Shown: positions 11,613 through 23,539 of the stretch, one piece after another
How the letters are laid out: every line of letters starts with the position of its first letter
How positions within the stretch are numbered: the stretch's first letter is position 1
Assembly (NCBI GenBank): GCA_965287045.1
Contig: OZ336880.1
Coordinates: 43,338,001 to 43,402,000, forward strand
DNA: 64,000 nucleotides
Direction of reading: 5' to 3'
Source of the DNA: Carcharhinus amblyrhynchos
Taxonomy: Eukaryota
Notes under the pieces: generated by a model
The model's database searches: none
What the model was told of the DNA's origin: nothing
The model's input: only the letters and a program-made list of their open reading frames with translations
Position numbers and translations under genes: made by a program

Positions 11613-13619
11613 TTTTTACTGTCTTCCCTTTCTACCCTGGGGATCCCATTGACATTATGTATTTTCTTTCTCAAATGGTCCTAGCTGTACAGCAAAGTAT
11701 CCCTTTTTTCAAACATGCGAGATACTGTTTGGAATCTCACCCTTCTCTGATTGAAAAAGCCCTTCTTTTAAAATCACACAGAGATCTTCCATCCTTAGTT
11801 TTCTTATATGGTCTTTCTCCAATGGCAATTCAATCTTTAATCCTGTTATGGATTTTCCTCAGCTTCTGACTTTTGACGCGAGAGGACCCAGGAAGTTGTT
11901 ATTTTCTTCTTAGGATCTTTTCTCAATGTGTGCAATGAAACAAGATCCCAATTCGTATCAACTTATTTTTGTAACGTCCTGCCAATGTTAGCAGTTGTAG
12001 GTTTTAAACAAAAAGAAAAGATGTGGTTTGTACATGTATATTCAAACTAACAACAACAGATTTATTCATGGGGCTCTTGCCTCTTCAGAGTATGAAATGA
12101 AATACTCCCAATGACATCACCCTCAAATCATGTGACCAGCTCTTAAAGTAATCACACAATCACTTAAATATATAATGGGCAATTTATCTCTGGATATTTG
12201 CCTGATCCAGCATGAAAAGGGAATTCACAGTATAGAAACTTTCTGCTCCGTCTCTCAGCGACATTTGCCTCTATCCCTTCCCACCAGTGATCCAATATTT
12301 ATTGAAATGGAACCTATTTTATGCAGGTCCCATTCTATTTCCAAGGCATTCACCCAGATTCCCACTGTCGTTACAGAAAGAACCCACCTCAATGGTTAGA
12401 GGAATCGAGCCCCATTGTTACCCCTTGCATAAAATATAATTAGAACATAACCAACGTGTGGCTTCACCTGCTGATAATGACTTGATAGATTGGAAGTTGG
12501 TTTATGCTTAGCCCCACATGTGGAAACATGATTTGCAAATCACTTTTAACTAGGTATAATTCTGTGATCCAAGGCTGGCAGCAGGATGGGGGAGTTGAGG
12601 GCAGTTTGCTTCCTGGAGGTGTGGGTTAGAGGAAGGGTTATAACACTATAGCCTCAATTCTCAGATTCATACTTCTTGAAAATATGATTTATTGCTGGCA
12701 GTATGGGAGCAAAGAGTCTCTCTATATTTAAATACATGAAGCTGCTCCTCCTGGAACCTATTCATAACTAGCTCAGTCACGGATTCTTGTTGAACAAAGA
12801 TCATGTAAGATCATTCTACTTCATGTGAGAATCAACAAGATATATTAATATCTCTATAACCTTCAATAGATGTTCATTCAGTTACTTTTCAATTAGCCTA
12901 CACTGAACCACTTTTTGTATGTTCAGTGGTGTGTGAAAAACAAATTCTTCTAATCTCAAATTTTATTCAAGATTTGTGAACTATGTAATTGTACTTTCCA
13001 GCACGCGGCTCAGTGTTGAAGCCAAATATTGAATCATTGTTATAAAGACACGATATGTGTGCTTTCAATCTGCATATGTGAATTTGTTGCCATGTTACTG
13101 TATGGAGACGGATTGACTGGATATCAATATTTAGGAAACCCACATGGTTATCCATTATTGAATTCTATTTAATTAGTTCTGAATAATGTATAAACAGTCA
13201 CTTAACTCCTATTAAATATTACTCGGATTTTTACGTTAATGGAGGAACAAAACTGATTGTGGTAGGAATTAATTTAATCTTCCCATGGGCACAAAGTGGG
13301 CTTCAATTTCAGCACTCATGCCCAATCACGTGGATGCAATTAAGGTCCCAAACTGGTGCAAAGGTCCCATTGAAACAGAATAATTAGGTTGCTGGCACTA
13401 CTCTTACTGCTCATTGGCAGTTTGCCTGATTGGGGGTGTGGTAGAATTGGGATTCTCTTACCTGGAGGTCAGGTGGGGGGGGTGGTTTTGGGGGGGTGTG
13501 GGTGGTGGGCGAGGTAAATTTCAGCTGTAACTGTGATTGAAAATTTCCCACAAAAGCAGAGAGAACAGAAGTTGCAAAAAGCTGTGTTTCTCAACCTGTT
13601 TGAATTACCACCAGCTCCA

Positions 13620-13965
13620 CTAGAACTTGCAAATCCATTGGCAGAATAGTTGCACCAAACTTCCTTGAGAAAATGCAACATCCCCATAGACAATTGGGAA
13701 TCCCTGGCCCAATACCTCCCAAAATAGAGGGAAAGTATCGGGGGGGAGCTGAACGCCACAAGTTTCATCGGCTAGGTGGAAGCTAAGCAGCAAAAGCAGC
13801 ATGTGGCAACCCAGACAACCCATCCCATTCTTCCAACCACTGTCACCCCCATTGTCTGTGACAGAGATAAAGGTCCAGCATTGGATACCTCAGTTACCTG
13901 AAAACTCATTTTTCGTGTAGAGAAAGTCACCCTCGACTCCGAGAGACTGCCTAAGAAGAAGACAA
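13620..13965 (+). mobile_element. RTE-clade LINE 3' fragment
   Basis: Degenerate LRKCNIPIDNWESLAQ...R, a C-terminal zinc-knuckle-like remnant (..VCDRD..LKTH), and a 3' end CTCGACTCCGAGAGACTGCCTAAGAAGAAGA. Confidence 0.75.
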
Positions 13966-14809
13966 TAATAGGGAAACCACCAAACAAGATATGCACCTAA
14001 AAGGCTCGTACAAGCAAGATTTGTAGTTAACCATGATCAGTGTAGCCCTACATCAAATCAAGAATGGAGTAGCAAAAAGAACTTTTATTTCTTTGTTTTG
14101 TTACTCTTATGAAACTTGATGATGTCATTTGGGTACCTATGAAGTCCTCAGTATTTGAGGACAGTGAGATAATGCGTGTAGGAACTGGTTCAGATGAAAG
14201 GAAAGACTATTGATGCGTTGAGGAGGGGAGGGACTGTTGATGAGAATTTTGCTTCAATAATTTGCTGCCTTCCAGCTCTAGGAGCTCACAGCACATGTTT
14301 CAAGACATCAGCTGTTTGCAAAATAAAACTTCTGGCTGTTGTGTGGCTTTGATTACATTGGCACTCCAATGTGCCCAAAATCCTTACAGGAATCCTGAGC
14401 CAACTGGTGAAAGGATTTGCATTGTATTCTAGAAGTCTGCCACCCAAAGCTCTGGGTGGAACAAGGGGTTTACTGAGGATTGGTACGGAAGGCAATCACT
14501 ATTACTACTGGCAGGAAACTGGGCGAAGACTTGCATTGTTGTGGTCTCAGATAAGTTGCATGTCGAGTGAACGGAAGTTCTTGTTGAGGAAGAGTGCTGG
14601 TCCTCAAGTGGGAATGTGCAGGGCTATGTGCTGATCTACACCAGGGAACCCAGGAGCAACTTCACATGCTATTTAAAGAGATCTTGAACTCCATAATAGA
14701 ATCACCTATTAGTGCAGTAAAAGGCTTTTCAGCCCATTATGCTTATGCTAGCATTCTGAAGGGGCAATCCACCATTTGCACCTCTCCCAGTCTTGCAAGC
14801 TCTTCCTTT

Positions 14810-15030
14810 TAAGATGCAATGTCCTCTTGAGTGCTTCAGTGGAACCAGCTTCCACCACACTCCCAGGCAGTGCATTCCAGCTTCTAACCATTTGCTGTGA
14901 AAAGAAGTTTTTCCTGATGCTGCCATTGCTTCTTTTGCCAATTACCTACAATTTGTGTCCATTGTTTCTCCATCCTTGCAACAATGGAACAGTTTCTCCC
15001 TGCCTACTCTGTCCAGACCCCTTGTGATGT
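14810..15030 (-). mobile_element. CR1 LINE 3' fragment
   Basis: Reverse strand encodes a degenerate ..GHKL*VIGKRS..RKNFFSQQMVRSWNALP. Confidence 0.7.
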
Positions 15031-15189
15031 TGATGCTTGTTTGTGGATATTTTTTGGAGAGAGATCCTAAGCTTGTGTAGGATTTGCTCTTTTAGGAGCA
15101 AACAAGCACCAGCTAAAACAATCTGAAAATTGTTCCTAAAGCACCCTATTTACCTATAAATAAACTAAGCAAGTGACCACAATACACAA

Positions 15190-15672
15190 GAAGGAAATAC
15201 TGGTAATGCTGTTCCTCAGAGAGAGCTAGAAATATGATGGGTTTGATGGTGTTGAAAGGAGGGATGGGTTGGAGATCAGGGCAGAATGAAAGACAAAGAT
15301 GTCATGGCCACATGACAAAGGGAGGGGTAATGATAGTGTTAAAGACTAAAACATGTGTTAATAGCAGCATTAAGGAAGAAAGATAGCAGAATATATTAAT
15401 AGCAGAAAAAAAGGGTCAGTGATCCCTGAAGGCATAAGAACAATATATAGACTGGTAGAGGAGGGGTCCATAACATCTTTGTCATTTAACCATTAACCAC
15501 TCCCTGATCAACAGCATGAAACCCATCATATTTCTACACCTCAAACTCTGAAAAAGAATCATTTTGGATTTGAGACGTTAACTGTTTCTCTTACCACAGA
15601 TGCTGCCAAACCCTTTTCCAGCATTTTCTGATTTTATTTCAGGTTTCCAGCATCTGCAGCATTTTGACTTTT
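15190..15672 (+). mobile_element. Degenerate Penelope-like terminal repeat
   Basis: CTGAAAAAGAATC..GAGACGTTAACTGTTTCTC..CACAGATGCTGCC..TTCCAGCATCTGCAG is typical of shark PLE ends. The hammerhead core is eroded. Confidence 0.5.
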
Positions 15673-18600
15673 CTTAAGAGATTTAGTGTGATAGAGTTCA
15701 GACTACTGGCTGGCTGAAATAACTATGGTAATAGTGGGATTTTCCACTTTGTTTCACAGTAAGGAAAAGCATTAAATACTTTAAGAAGTTAGATTTAATC
15801 ATCCATTGTGATTTTAGCTCATTTAGAGTCTGAAATAGTTAAATGTTTATTTCAAGAGAAGTCAAAATGGGACAGTGGACCCAAGATTTAGATGCAATGG
15901 GTGCTGTTTTGGTACCAAATTGGTATCTACATCATACACTCACTTCCAGCACAATCTATGCCAAATAGCATCTTAGCATCTGAATGAGTGCATTGGTGTG
16001 AGTTTGGCCAGTAGCAGCATGTGCCAGGGGTATGCAGGACAGGCTGGCTAGGCACAGAAACACTGAATAGATTCCAGTGTGGCCATTTTTAACCTATAAC
16101 GATGGGACTGTTTTTGTTGTTTACCCCGTGGTCTCATTTCTGTCATTCGCATGGTCTGGTTGGGGGTGGAGGAGGGAGCGTATACCAAGTGGCTGAATGT
16201 CTCTTCCTTGTAGAACGTTGAAGGGTCACTGTAGGGGGTATGTCCTTGGTGGTGATCTCAGACTGTGACTCCATCACCTCCATCTCAATTTCTGAGGCTG
16301 AATCCTCATAGAGCTTCTCTTGGGCTTCCTGTGGATGGAATTTCTCATCTGCAGTCCATTGTATAAGGTCATGCATATGTGCCTCAATCCATTTTTGTCC
16401 ATGGAGGTTTGAAACTACCCGCTGGTAAATGGGTCCTGTTGTCTATTACAAGCACTTCAGATATACCATACGTGCAGGAAGATTGTCGGTTTTTTTTATG
16501 TTGTAGTAAGACGTAGTAGATGACATTCAGTGCACATTGATCCATTTGAATGGGCATCAATCAGAATTAAGAACGGAGAGCCCATAAGTGGCTCTGCAAA
16601 TTCTGCATGTATTCACATCCAGGGTCTCCCCAACCATTCCCAGGGGTGCAATGAGGCTGCTAATGGGAGCTTCTGGTTTTCCTGGCAGGTTTTTCACCAT
16701 TTGACCAGGTTTTCATTGCCCTTGTCTGTACCAGGCTACCAGACATAACTTCTTGCAAGCATTTTCATTTTGGAAATCCCCGGGTAGCCATTATGCAGTT
16801 TGTGAAATATTGGTCGCTGGCCTGGACGCGGGACAGCCACCGGACTCCCCCAAGGTGACACCATCCTCGATGTTCAGCTCTGGATATTTGGAAGTATAAG
16901 GTTTTAGTTCCTCTGTAGGATGCATTTGTGGTCCACCACTTTGGCCAATATAATGTAGCTTTGTCAACATGGGGTCCTTTTGAGTGCAAGCCTGAATTTG
17001 CTTGGTGGATACTGGCAGAGTGTCTATGAAGTCCAAAATCATGAAGACTTCATCCATCTTCGTAGGTGAGGATAGGCTGGTAGGTAGCAGCAGGCGGCTC
17101 AAGGCATCACATTGACTATCTGTCTCCCTGGACAATTTTCTAGGGTGTAATAAACATAGACAACTAACAGCAGTGCCCAGTGTTGGATCCAAGCTGATGC
17201 TATGGGGGGAAATTGCCTTGCTTTCTGCTAAGAGGTCCAACAGAGGTTTGTCCTAACTTGTCAATGATGTGACGTGAGATCAGCCAAGGTCTGTTGGGAT
17301 GGTGTTGGTCTCAGAATGTGTTTGTAACTGTATGCCGGATTATCTGACTGTTCCTGCCAGCCAGATCTCCCATCCAACAAATGACACCTGCCCCCTTGCC
17401 ACACCCCTGCCATCATTGATACCCCAGCATCAGAGGGTATGAACAATAGGAAACCTCTGGCAGGACCAGAGGATCCACCTATGGTGAAATACCGGCCATA
17501 CATATTGGTGGAATTTTTTTGCCGTAAGCACCACCTTTCTCACTCTGTTCTACATCCACCAGGATTTGTGAAGCACACGCAATTGAATGTTCTGGCCCAT
17601 CATCCCAATGGCAGGACAATACCACTCCAATCCCATAGTGGGAGGGGTCACAGGTTACGATGAGTGGTCTCAGTGGATTGTAATGGGCCAATATGTTTGT
17701 CAACACCTATTGATTTTTGACACTTGTAAAGGTTTTCTCCTGTGGCTTTTGCCATGACCATTTTCTTTTTGGCAGAACATGGTGAGGTAGCACCTGGGTC
17801 ACCAGGTTCAGTATGAATTTCCCCTAGTAGTTGATGAAATCCAGGAAAGACTTTAACTCTATTGTGTTCCTTGGAGTCAGAGCACCTTTTATGGCCTTCA
17901 ACTTCTCCTCAACAGAGTGTAGTCCATCTTTGTCAATTCTGTACTCAAAATATATTATTTCATTTAACTGGAACTCACATCTTTTCCTTTTTAGCCTAAC
18001 ACCAGCCTCAGAGAAATGCCATAAAACCTCCTCCAAACTCTCCAAATGTTCCTTTGCAGTAGTTCCTGAGATTAAAATGACATCCAGGTAAATTGCAACT
18101 CTGGGCCACCTTTGAATGATGTTCTCCATCACCCTTTGGAAAATGGTGCAAGCCAAAGACAGCCCATAAGGCAGGGGGAGTGTTCTCTTACATTCCTTTG
18201 TGAGATTTGTAATGACAGATTTCCTGGATGACTCCTCAAGCTCCAGTTGGAGGTAGGTATGCCTCATATCCAGTTTGGAAAATATATGAGCCTCCCAGCT
18301 AGTTTTCCATACAAGTCTTATGTGCATGGCATACGGTATCTGTCTAAGCAGAAAGCTCTGTTGATCATCAACTTCTCATCCCCACAGAGATAGACTGAAC
18401 TATCGGGTTTTAAAACCAGGACTACAGGTGTGGCCTATTAGGCAAATTGTACTGGGCATAAAATGCCGAGTTCCCCAATATGTACCAGTTTGGTCTCTAC
18501 TTTGTCATACAGGGCATAGGGTACTGATTGTGCCTTGAAGTAATTAGGTTGGTCTTCTCTTTCTACATAAATCTTCACCTGGCACCTTTAATCTTCCCGA

Positions 18601-19029
18601 GGCCTTCTTGGAACACCTCGGGGTACTTTCCCATGACTTTATATACTTTGCCAATACCCATTTTAAAGATCTGTTGCCAACCCAGACGGATTTTCTGTAG
18701 CTAGTCCCTTCCCATGGGCTGGGCCCTGTTCTGTGCATTACTTTTAGAGGGAGTCGGATTGTCTGTTACTCATGTGTAACTGGGGTTAGTAGTCCAATAA
18801 TGCTTAAGGGGTCTTGAATACACATAGCCAATCTAGCCTCGGTGTCCCACAGGCTTAAAGGCAAAATGCCCAGTAGCAGTCCCCTAAAGATGTGTTTCTC
18901 ACTGATAGAAACTGTAGAACCTATGTTTACTTTCCTGTGTAGGGGTGGCCATTTACCTGGAGTTGAATCTGGGTTGGGGCCTCTTTGGGTGCAGTGATGC
19001 AATTTAGCTGCATCAATTCCTCATCCTCA

Positions 19030-19059
19030 GGCCTTTTGGCTAAGATCAAGTGTAGTATC
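19030..19059 (+). pseudogene. U2: U2 snRNA 5' fragment (nt 11-40, including branch-point recognition sequence GTAGTA)
   Basis: GGCCTTTTGGCTAAGATCAAGTGTAGTATC is a 30/30 match to the vertebrate U2 5' region. Similarity stops after nt 40, so this is not a functional U2 gene. Confidence 0.92.
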
Positions 19060-19340
19060 GACATGCTGCACTTGGTTGAAGTCCTTAGGTTACATTTCAG
19101 CTTCATTTGAAGCAATTTTTTAAAGCGGCATCTCGGCCATTTGGTTAGGATGCAAATAAGATCAAGCCCTGGAGGAGGAGCTACACCTACTCCAGTCAGC
19201 TTGGATCATGTAGATCAAGCCCAAGACAGGAGGTGAGAGCCCTGTCTTGTCAGCTTGGATCGGGAATGTCCCAACTTGTTGAAACTCTGAATTGGGTTTA
19301 ATTTGACTTGATTGGATTGGAATAAAGTTTAAAAAAAAAA
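19034..19340 (+). mobile_element. Short polyA retroposon with U2 snRNA-derived head (SINEU-like or Keno/Utopia-derived), inserted in Gypsy C
   Basis: TSD (AA)TTCCTCATCCTCAGGCC at 19015-19033 and 19339-19357. AATAAA at 19321 and an A10 tail at 19331-19340. The head is identical to U2 snRNA nt 11-40. Confidence 0.85.
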
Positions 19341-21079
19341 TTCCTCATCCTCAGGCCGATTTAGCTGCAAAGCCCTGTGCTGAAGTAGCTTCGCCCTTTG
19401 GCCTGGGTGATACATGTTTTCCTGTTTCAGTAGCCTTGTCTGGAGCAGACCCTATGACTGCAACTATAGCATGGATGTGCTCACTCCATACAAAAAAAAC
19501 CTTTCGCCCAGTTTCGGAATCTCGCAGCTTCCTTTTCCAGTCAGCCTTTCCTGGCAACGAGAGTTGGGAGATGTGAGTGTTATCTGTTGGGGACTTGGTT
19601 CTGTGGTCTGGGGGTTGTCCAAGGCTGTGGATGTACTGTCTATAGATCCCTGAAGTTCCTGGGTCCCTTTGTCTATGCTTTCATGACTAAGATCCAGTTC
19701 TACAACTTTCTCAGGTCCAGATTTAGCTCAGTCAGTAGTTTCCTTTGGATCGCTATATCATTTTATTCCACAGACCAAGTGGTCCCGTACTCAGTGTTCT
19801 GCCAGTTCTCGCAGTCTTATCAAGAATTCTGTAACTGGCTCCCCAGAAAGTATTTGCTGTGTTAAACTTGTAGCACTGCAATATCACTGATGGTTTGGGG
19901 TTGTAGTGGCTTGTTACCAAATCTACCAGTTAATTAAAGAATTTTGAACCTGGGGTTGCTGAGTAGGGTAAACTATTTGTGATGCTGAAATTCGGGGCTC
20001 CACAAGCAGTCAGGAGGATGGCGTTTTGCAGGTCGTCTCCTTCTATCCCATTTGCCTGGAACAAATATCACATTCTTTTGACATACTGGGGCCAATCCAC
20101 ATCATAGGTTTCCCAAACAGTTGCATTTTCAAATTCCCCCCATTACCATCTTACCAGGTTCATTGAAAAGCAAGGTTGTCCGACACTTTTCCTATTCCTC
20201 GTCACCAATGTAATAACTCAGGAAGCCTGAACGGAAAGGAACAGTATTTATTGTTAAACACAAAATAAACCCACTACTCAATGGCATACATAAGTCCCAA
20301 TCGGATAATAGTTCTGCAGACTCTTCCCAGTGTCTGCCTTATAAAGAGCTCAAGTGGTGAGTTCCAATTGGGCAGGCTGCTGCCTGTTACCAAGGGAACT
20401 CATACTCAATGATCAACTTGAGACGGAACTCATGGAATTATCACACTGGCAGTGTCTGCAATAGCAGTATGGCTATACTGAGCATGAAGGGTGGCAAGTG
20501 AGGCAGGATATAGGGGGGGCGTGACGTGGACAGAGCGCAAAAGGGGGGCAAGAAGAGATCACATGAAGGGAAGCATGAATGGAGAGCAAGAGACCTATGA
20601 TGGGGAGGTGGGGGAGTGGTGGTTAACATGCCTTCAATGGGGTGGGCTGAGTCCCGATGTCCGGGGAGGAGAGGCTGGTCTTCAAGTTCACTTTGAGATT
20701 GGGGTACAATTTAAAAACAGTGGCCCATTGCTGTGAAGCCTGGCTTGCCAGCATGAATCGCACTGGTTTTCTCACCCGAAATGACAGTGGGAATATTCGG
20801 CATATTCTTATCATGTCAATACTGTTTGCTGTGTGATTGTGGCTTCCCATTGTGCACCTTTATACAGTAAATTTCAAAGAGGCTCCATGGTCTCTGGTGT
20901 ACTGAGGAATTAATTTGTACTAAAAGTTGGCAGTGCTGAGGAATGATGCAAACTTTCTCATGTCAGCTGGGGGTGGGAGCATTTGAAAGGTTTTGATATT
21001 GTGTGTAGGCCTTACTTCTGTTGTCACTCTGTATTAGAAAGTCAATCTTGGGTGCTGTGAATGCAAATTTGTTTTTGTT

Positions 21080-22030
21080 GAACATAAAATTGTGGGAGGT
21101 AATTCTCCCAGGCCATTGCACTGCTGTAGCAAAGTTAAGCAGAGGTCAATTAGCAGGCTTCCCATTGGGTGCCATAGCCTCCACACTGCTCCGTCCACCG
21201 GATTTAAAGGTTTTTAAATGATTTAAATGTTCATGATTTAAATGTAATTAGTAGGCTTGGGACTGAAATCTCCAGGTTGCTAGCATCTCCACCAGGGCCA
21301 GGAGTGTTTCACTCCTGTGAGGTTTACAACACTTCCTCACTAGTAGGGAGCTGGCAGCCTGATGCCACTGAAGTGAAGGAGGCCATGAAGGCCCCCCTGG
21401 AGGTTGGGGAAAAGAGGGGATGCCCCCTGTGCATTGTCAGCTTGGCAGTACCTGCCTGGCCCCTGGCGCTACAAATTGGCAAGGTACCCCTTGGGCAGTG
21501 CCAAGGGGGCAGGGCTTATAGGGGCAGGGCGTCTGGAGGGGAGATCTGCCACTCTACAGTTGGGATCATAGGCAGAGGGAGGGAGGCCAGTGATCAGGGC
21601 TGGCCATCAGGGCTGGGTGTGGGGGGTGTCAGGACTGCAGGGAGGGGGTTGAGACTGCAGGGAGGTGGTGAGGGCTGCCTGTGGGGTATAGGGGATCAAG
21701 GCAGACCGGGGAAGAGGGGCTGGGGCTGGCCCAAACACCTGCAGGAGGCCAACAACTGGGGGTTGTGGGGGACGCACAGCCAGTGATGCGGTGTCGTGGG
21801 GCTGGCCAGCAATCAGGACAGATAGGCGTACACTCAGTGGCCCGCTCAGTGCAATGCTACTGGCTTCTTCAGTGGCAATAGGCCCCGTCCACTCATTCTC
21901 AGTGTGATTCAAGCTATGGCACTCTGCGATGTAGAGTGTGGGAGGTTCATTTTGAAAATCCCGCTGAAATAAAAGCAGGATTTACTCCAGTTTTTACACA
22001 AATTCGGCACTTAGAATTTTTTTTCATGTT
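21080..22030. mobile_element. GC-rich non-autonomous DNA transposon-like repeat (probably Harbinger-related)
   Basis: Contains GGCAGTGCC/CCC-rich motifs shared with 38430-39120. GC-rich island with no credible ORF. Confidence 0.45.
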
Positions 22031-22367
22031 GTGTGGATCAAATCAACACCTGTGAAAATCACCCACTATGTTCTGTTTTGTCCCTTCCATCGACAAGAAC
22101 ATCGCTGCATAGAGCATTCCCTTAACATCTGACAAGACTGAAGAAATGATCTTCTAGAATGCACTCGGCTGTTCCGTGGCACTTCATGAGTAACAAAAGC
22201 TGTAAGATATCTGCTTCACTCTGCTTGTGATATCTGAAGATAACTCTGTCACATCTCAAGCTTTGTGAAGATTACGTTGTCATGAAATGATGCTGACTGT
22301 TCTTTAATTGTAGGAAGGAGCTACTTGCCTGTAATAATTGCCTTGTTTTATTAATTTTCTTTATTTT

Positions 22368-23125
22368 TGATTTGATTTATTAATGTCACATGTATTAGTA
22401 TGCAGTGAAAAGTATTGTTTTTTTGCATGCTATACAGACAAAGCATACTGTTCATGGAGAAGGAAAGGAGAGAGTGCAAAATGTAGTGTTACAGTCATAG
22501 CTAGGGTGTAGAGAAAGATCAACTTTGTATGAGTTAGGTCCATTCCCTGAAGGCAGCAGGAAGAAGCTGTTTTTGAGTCAGTTGGTACGTGACCTCAGAC
22601 TTTTGCATCTTTTTCCCGACAAAGGTGGAAGAGAGAATGTCTGGGGTACATAGGGTCCTTAATTATGCTGGCTGCTTTTCCAAGGCAGTGGGCAGTGTAG
22701 ACAGAGTCAATGGATGGAAGGCTGGTTTGCATGATGGATTGGCTATATTCACGATCTTTTGTAGTTCCTTGCAGTCTTGGACAGAGCAGGAGCCATACCA
22801 AGCTCTGATACAACCAGAAAGAATGCTTTCTATGGTGCATCTGTAAAAGTTGGTGAGAATCATAGCTGATATGTCAAATTTCCTTAGTCTTCTGAGAAAG
22901 TAGAGGCATTGGTGGACTTTCTTAACTATAGTGTTGGCATGGGGAGACCAGGACAGATTGTTGGTGATCTGGACACTTAAAAACGTTGAAGCTCTCGACC
23001 ATTTCGACTTCATCCCTGTTGATGTAAACAGGGGCATGTTCTCCTTTACGCTTTCTGAAGTCGAAGACAATCTCCTTCGTTTTGTTGACATTGAGGGAGA
23101 GACTATTGCCTATTGACCAATTCAA
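22368..23125 (-). mobile_element. Rex1/Babar-type LINE 3' fragment (RT end + DUF1891-like domain)
   Basis: LSLNVNKTKEIVFDFRK..VESF / ITNNLSWSPHANTIVKKVHQCLYFLRRLRKF..LTNFYRCTIESILSGCIRAWYG, with a frameshift. (AAATC)n tail at ~22368. Confidence 0.85.
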
Positions 23126-23254
23126 GGTCAATGCTCGTCTAAATTTGTTACTTCTGTATCACACAATAGCTGTGTTCAATATCTATGACGATAAGTTGAT
23201 TTGTTCAATGATATCATCTGCTTCAGGTTATTTTCAGTTCCTGTGACACTTTGA

Positions 23255-23516
23255 AAAGTAAAAGTTTAGTTAGTAGTCACATAACATGGCTTACATAACA
23301 CCGCAATGAATTTACTGTGAAATTCCCCTATTTGCCACAGTCTGGGACTGTTTGGGTCAATGCACCTAATCCGCGCATCTTTGGACTGTGGGAGGAAACT
23401 GGAGCACCCGGAGAAACCCACACAGAGAATGTGCAAACTCCACACAGACAGTGGCCCAAGCCGGGAATTGAACCCAGGTCCCTGACAGCAGTGCTAACCA
23501 CTGTGCCACTGTGCCA
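23255..23516 (-). mobile_element. HE1-like V-SINE
   Basis: Reverse strand GTGGCACAGTGGTTAGCACTGC..GGTTCAATTCCCGGC and V-domain GGGTTTCTCCGGGTGCTCCAGTTTCCTCCCACAGTCCAAAGA. Confidence 0.9.
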
Positions 23517-23539
23517 CATAGATTGCAAATGACAACAAC

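Larger units (their letters stand above)
8335..12175 (-). mobile_element. Degenerate Gypsy LTR retrotransposon (element B) with nested insertions
   Basis: Direct-repeat LTRs at ~8335-8545 and ~11988-12175 share CCCAATGACATCACC.TCAAATCATGTGACCAGCTCTTAAAG. PBS-like TGGCAGGAC after the 5' LTR and PPT AAAGGGGAA at ~8546. Gag at 10238-10750 (HYSPKPLIILEWFRFHQRNQ..DHLVCGL). Integrase YFWWPG motif at ~9085-9105. Confidence 0.8.
16140..20420 (-). mobile_element. Degenerate Gypsy LTR retrotransposon (element C: gag-pro-RT-RNaseH-IN)
   Basis: 5' LTR ~20209-20420 ends ...GAGTTATTACA followed by PBS TGGTGACGAG. Gag at 19590-20130. RT IFSKLDMRHTYLQL..LPYGLSLACTIFQRVME..IYLDVILI (17824-18327). RNase H IVTCDPSHYGIGVVL. 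Integrase at 16300-17200. Many stops and frameshifts, and no clear 3' LTR. Confidence 0.9.

Noticed and set aside
10886-11674. 262-aa ORF as a host gene
   Set aside because: It is the RT C-terminus of a 5'-truncated CR1. The N-terminal ~20 residues come from flanking Gypsy sequence.
19030-19059. Functional U2 snRNA gene
   Set aside because: Only nt 11-40 are present. There is no Sm site, no downstream stem-loops and no upstream promoter, and it sits in a TSD-flanked insert.
21277-21912. GC-rich ORFs of 101-169 aa
   Set aside because: Low-complexity Gly/Pro-rich translations of a GC-rich repeat, with no domain motifs.
23470-23516. tRNA genes at SINE heads (also ~48850, ~50845, ~62125)
   Set aside because: The A/B boxes continue directly into SINE bodies and there is no complete cloverleaf.
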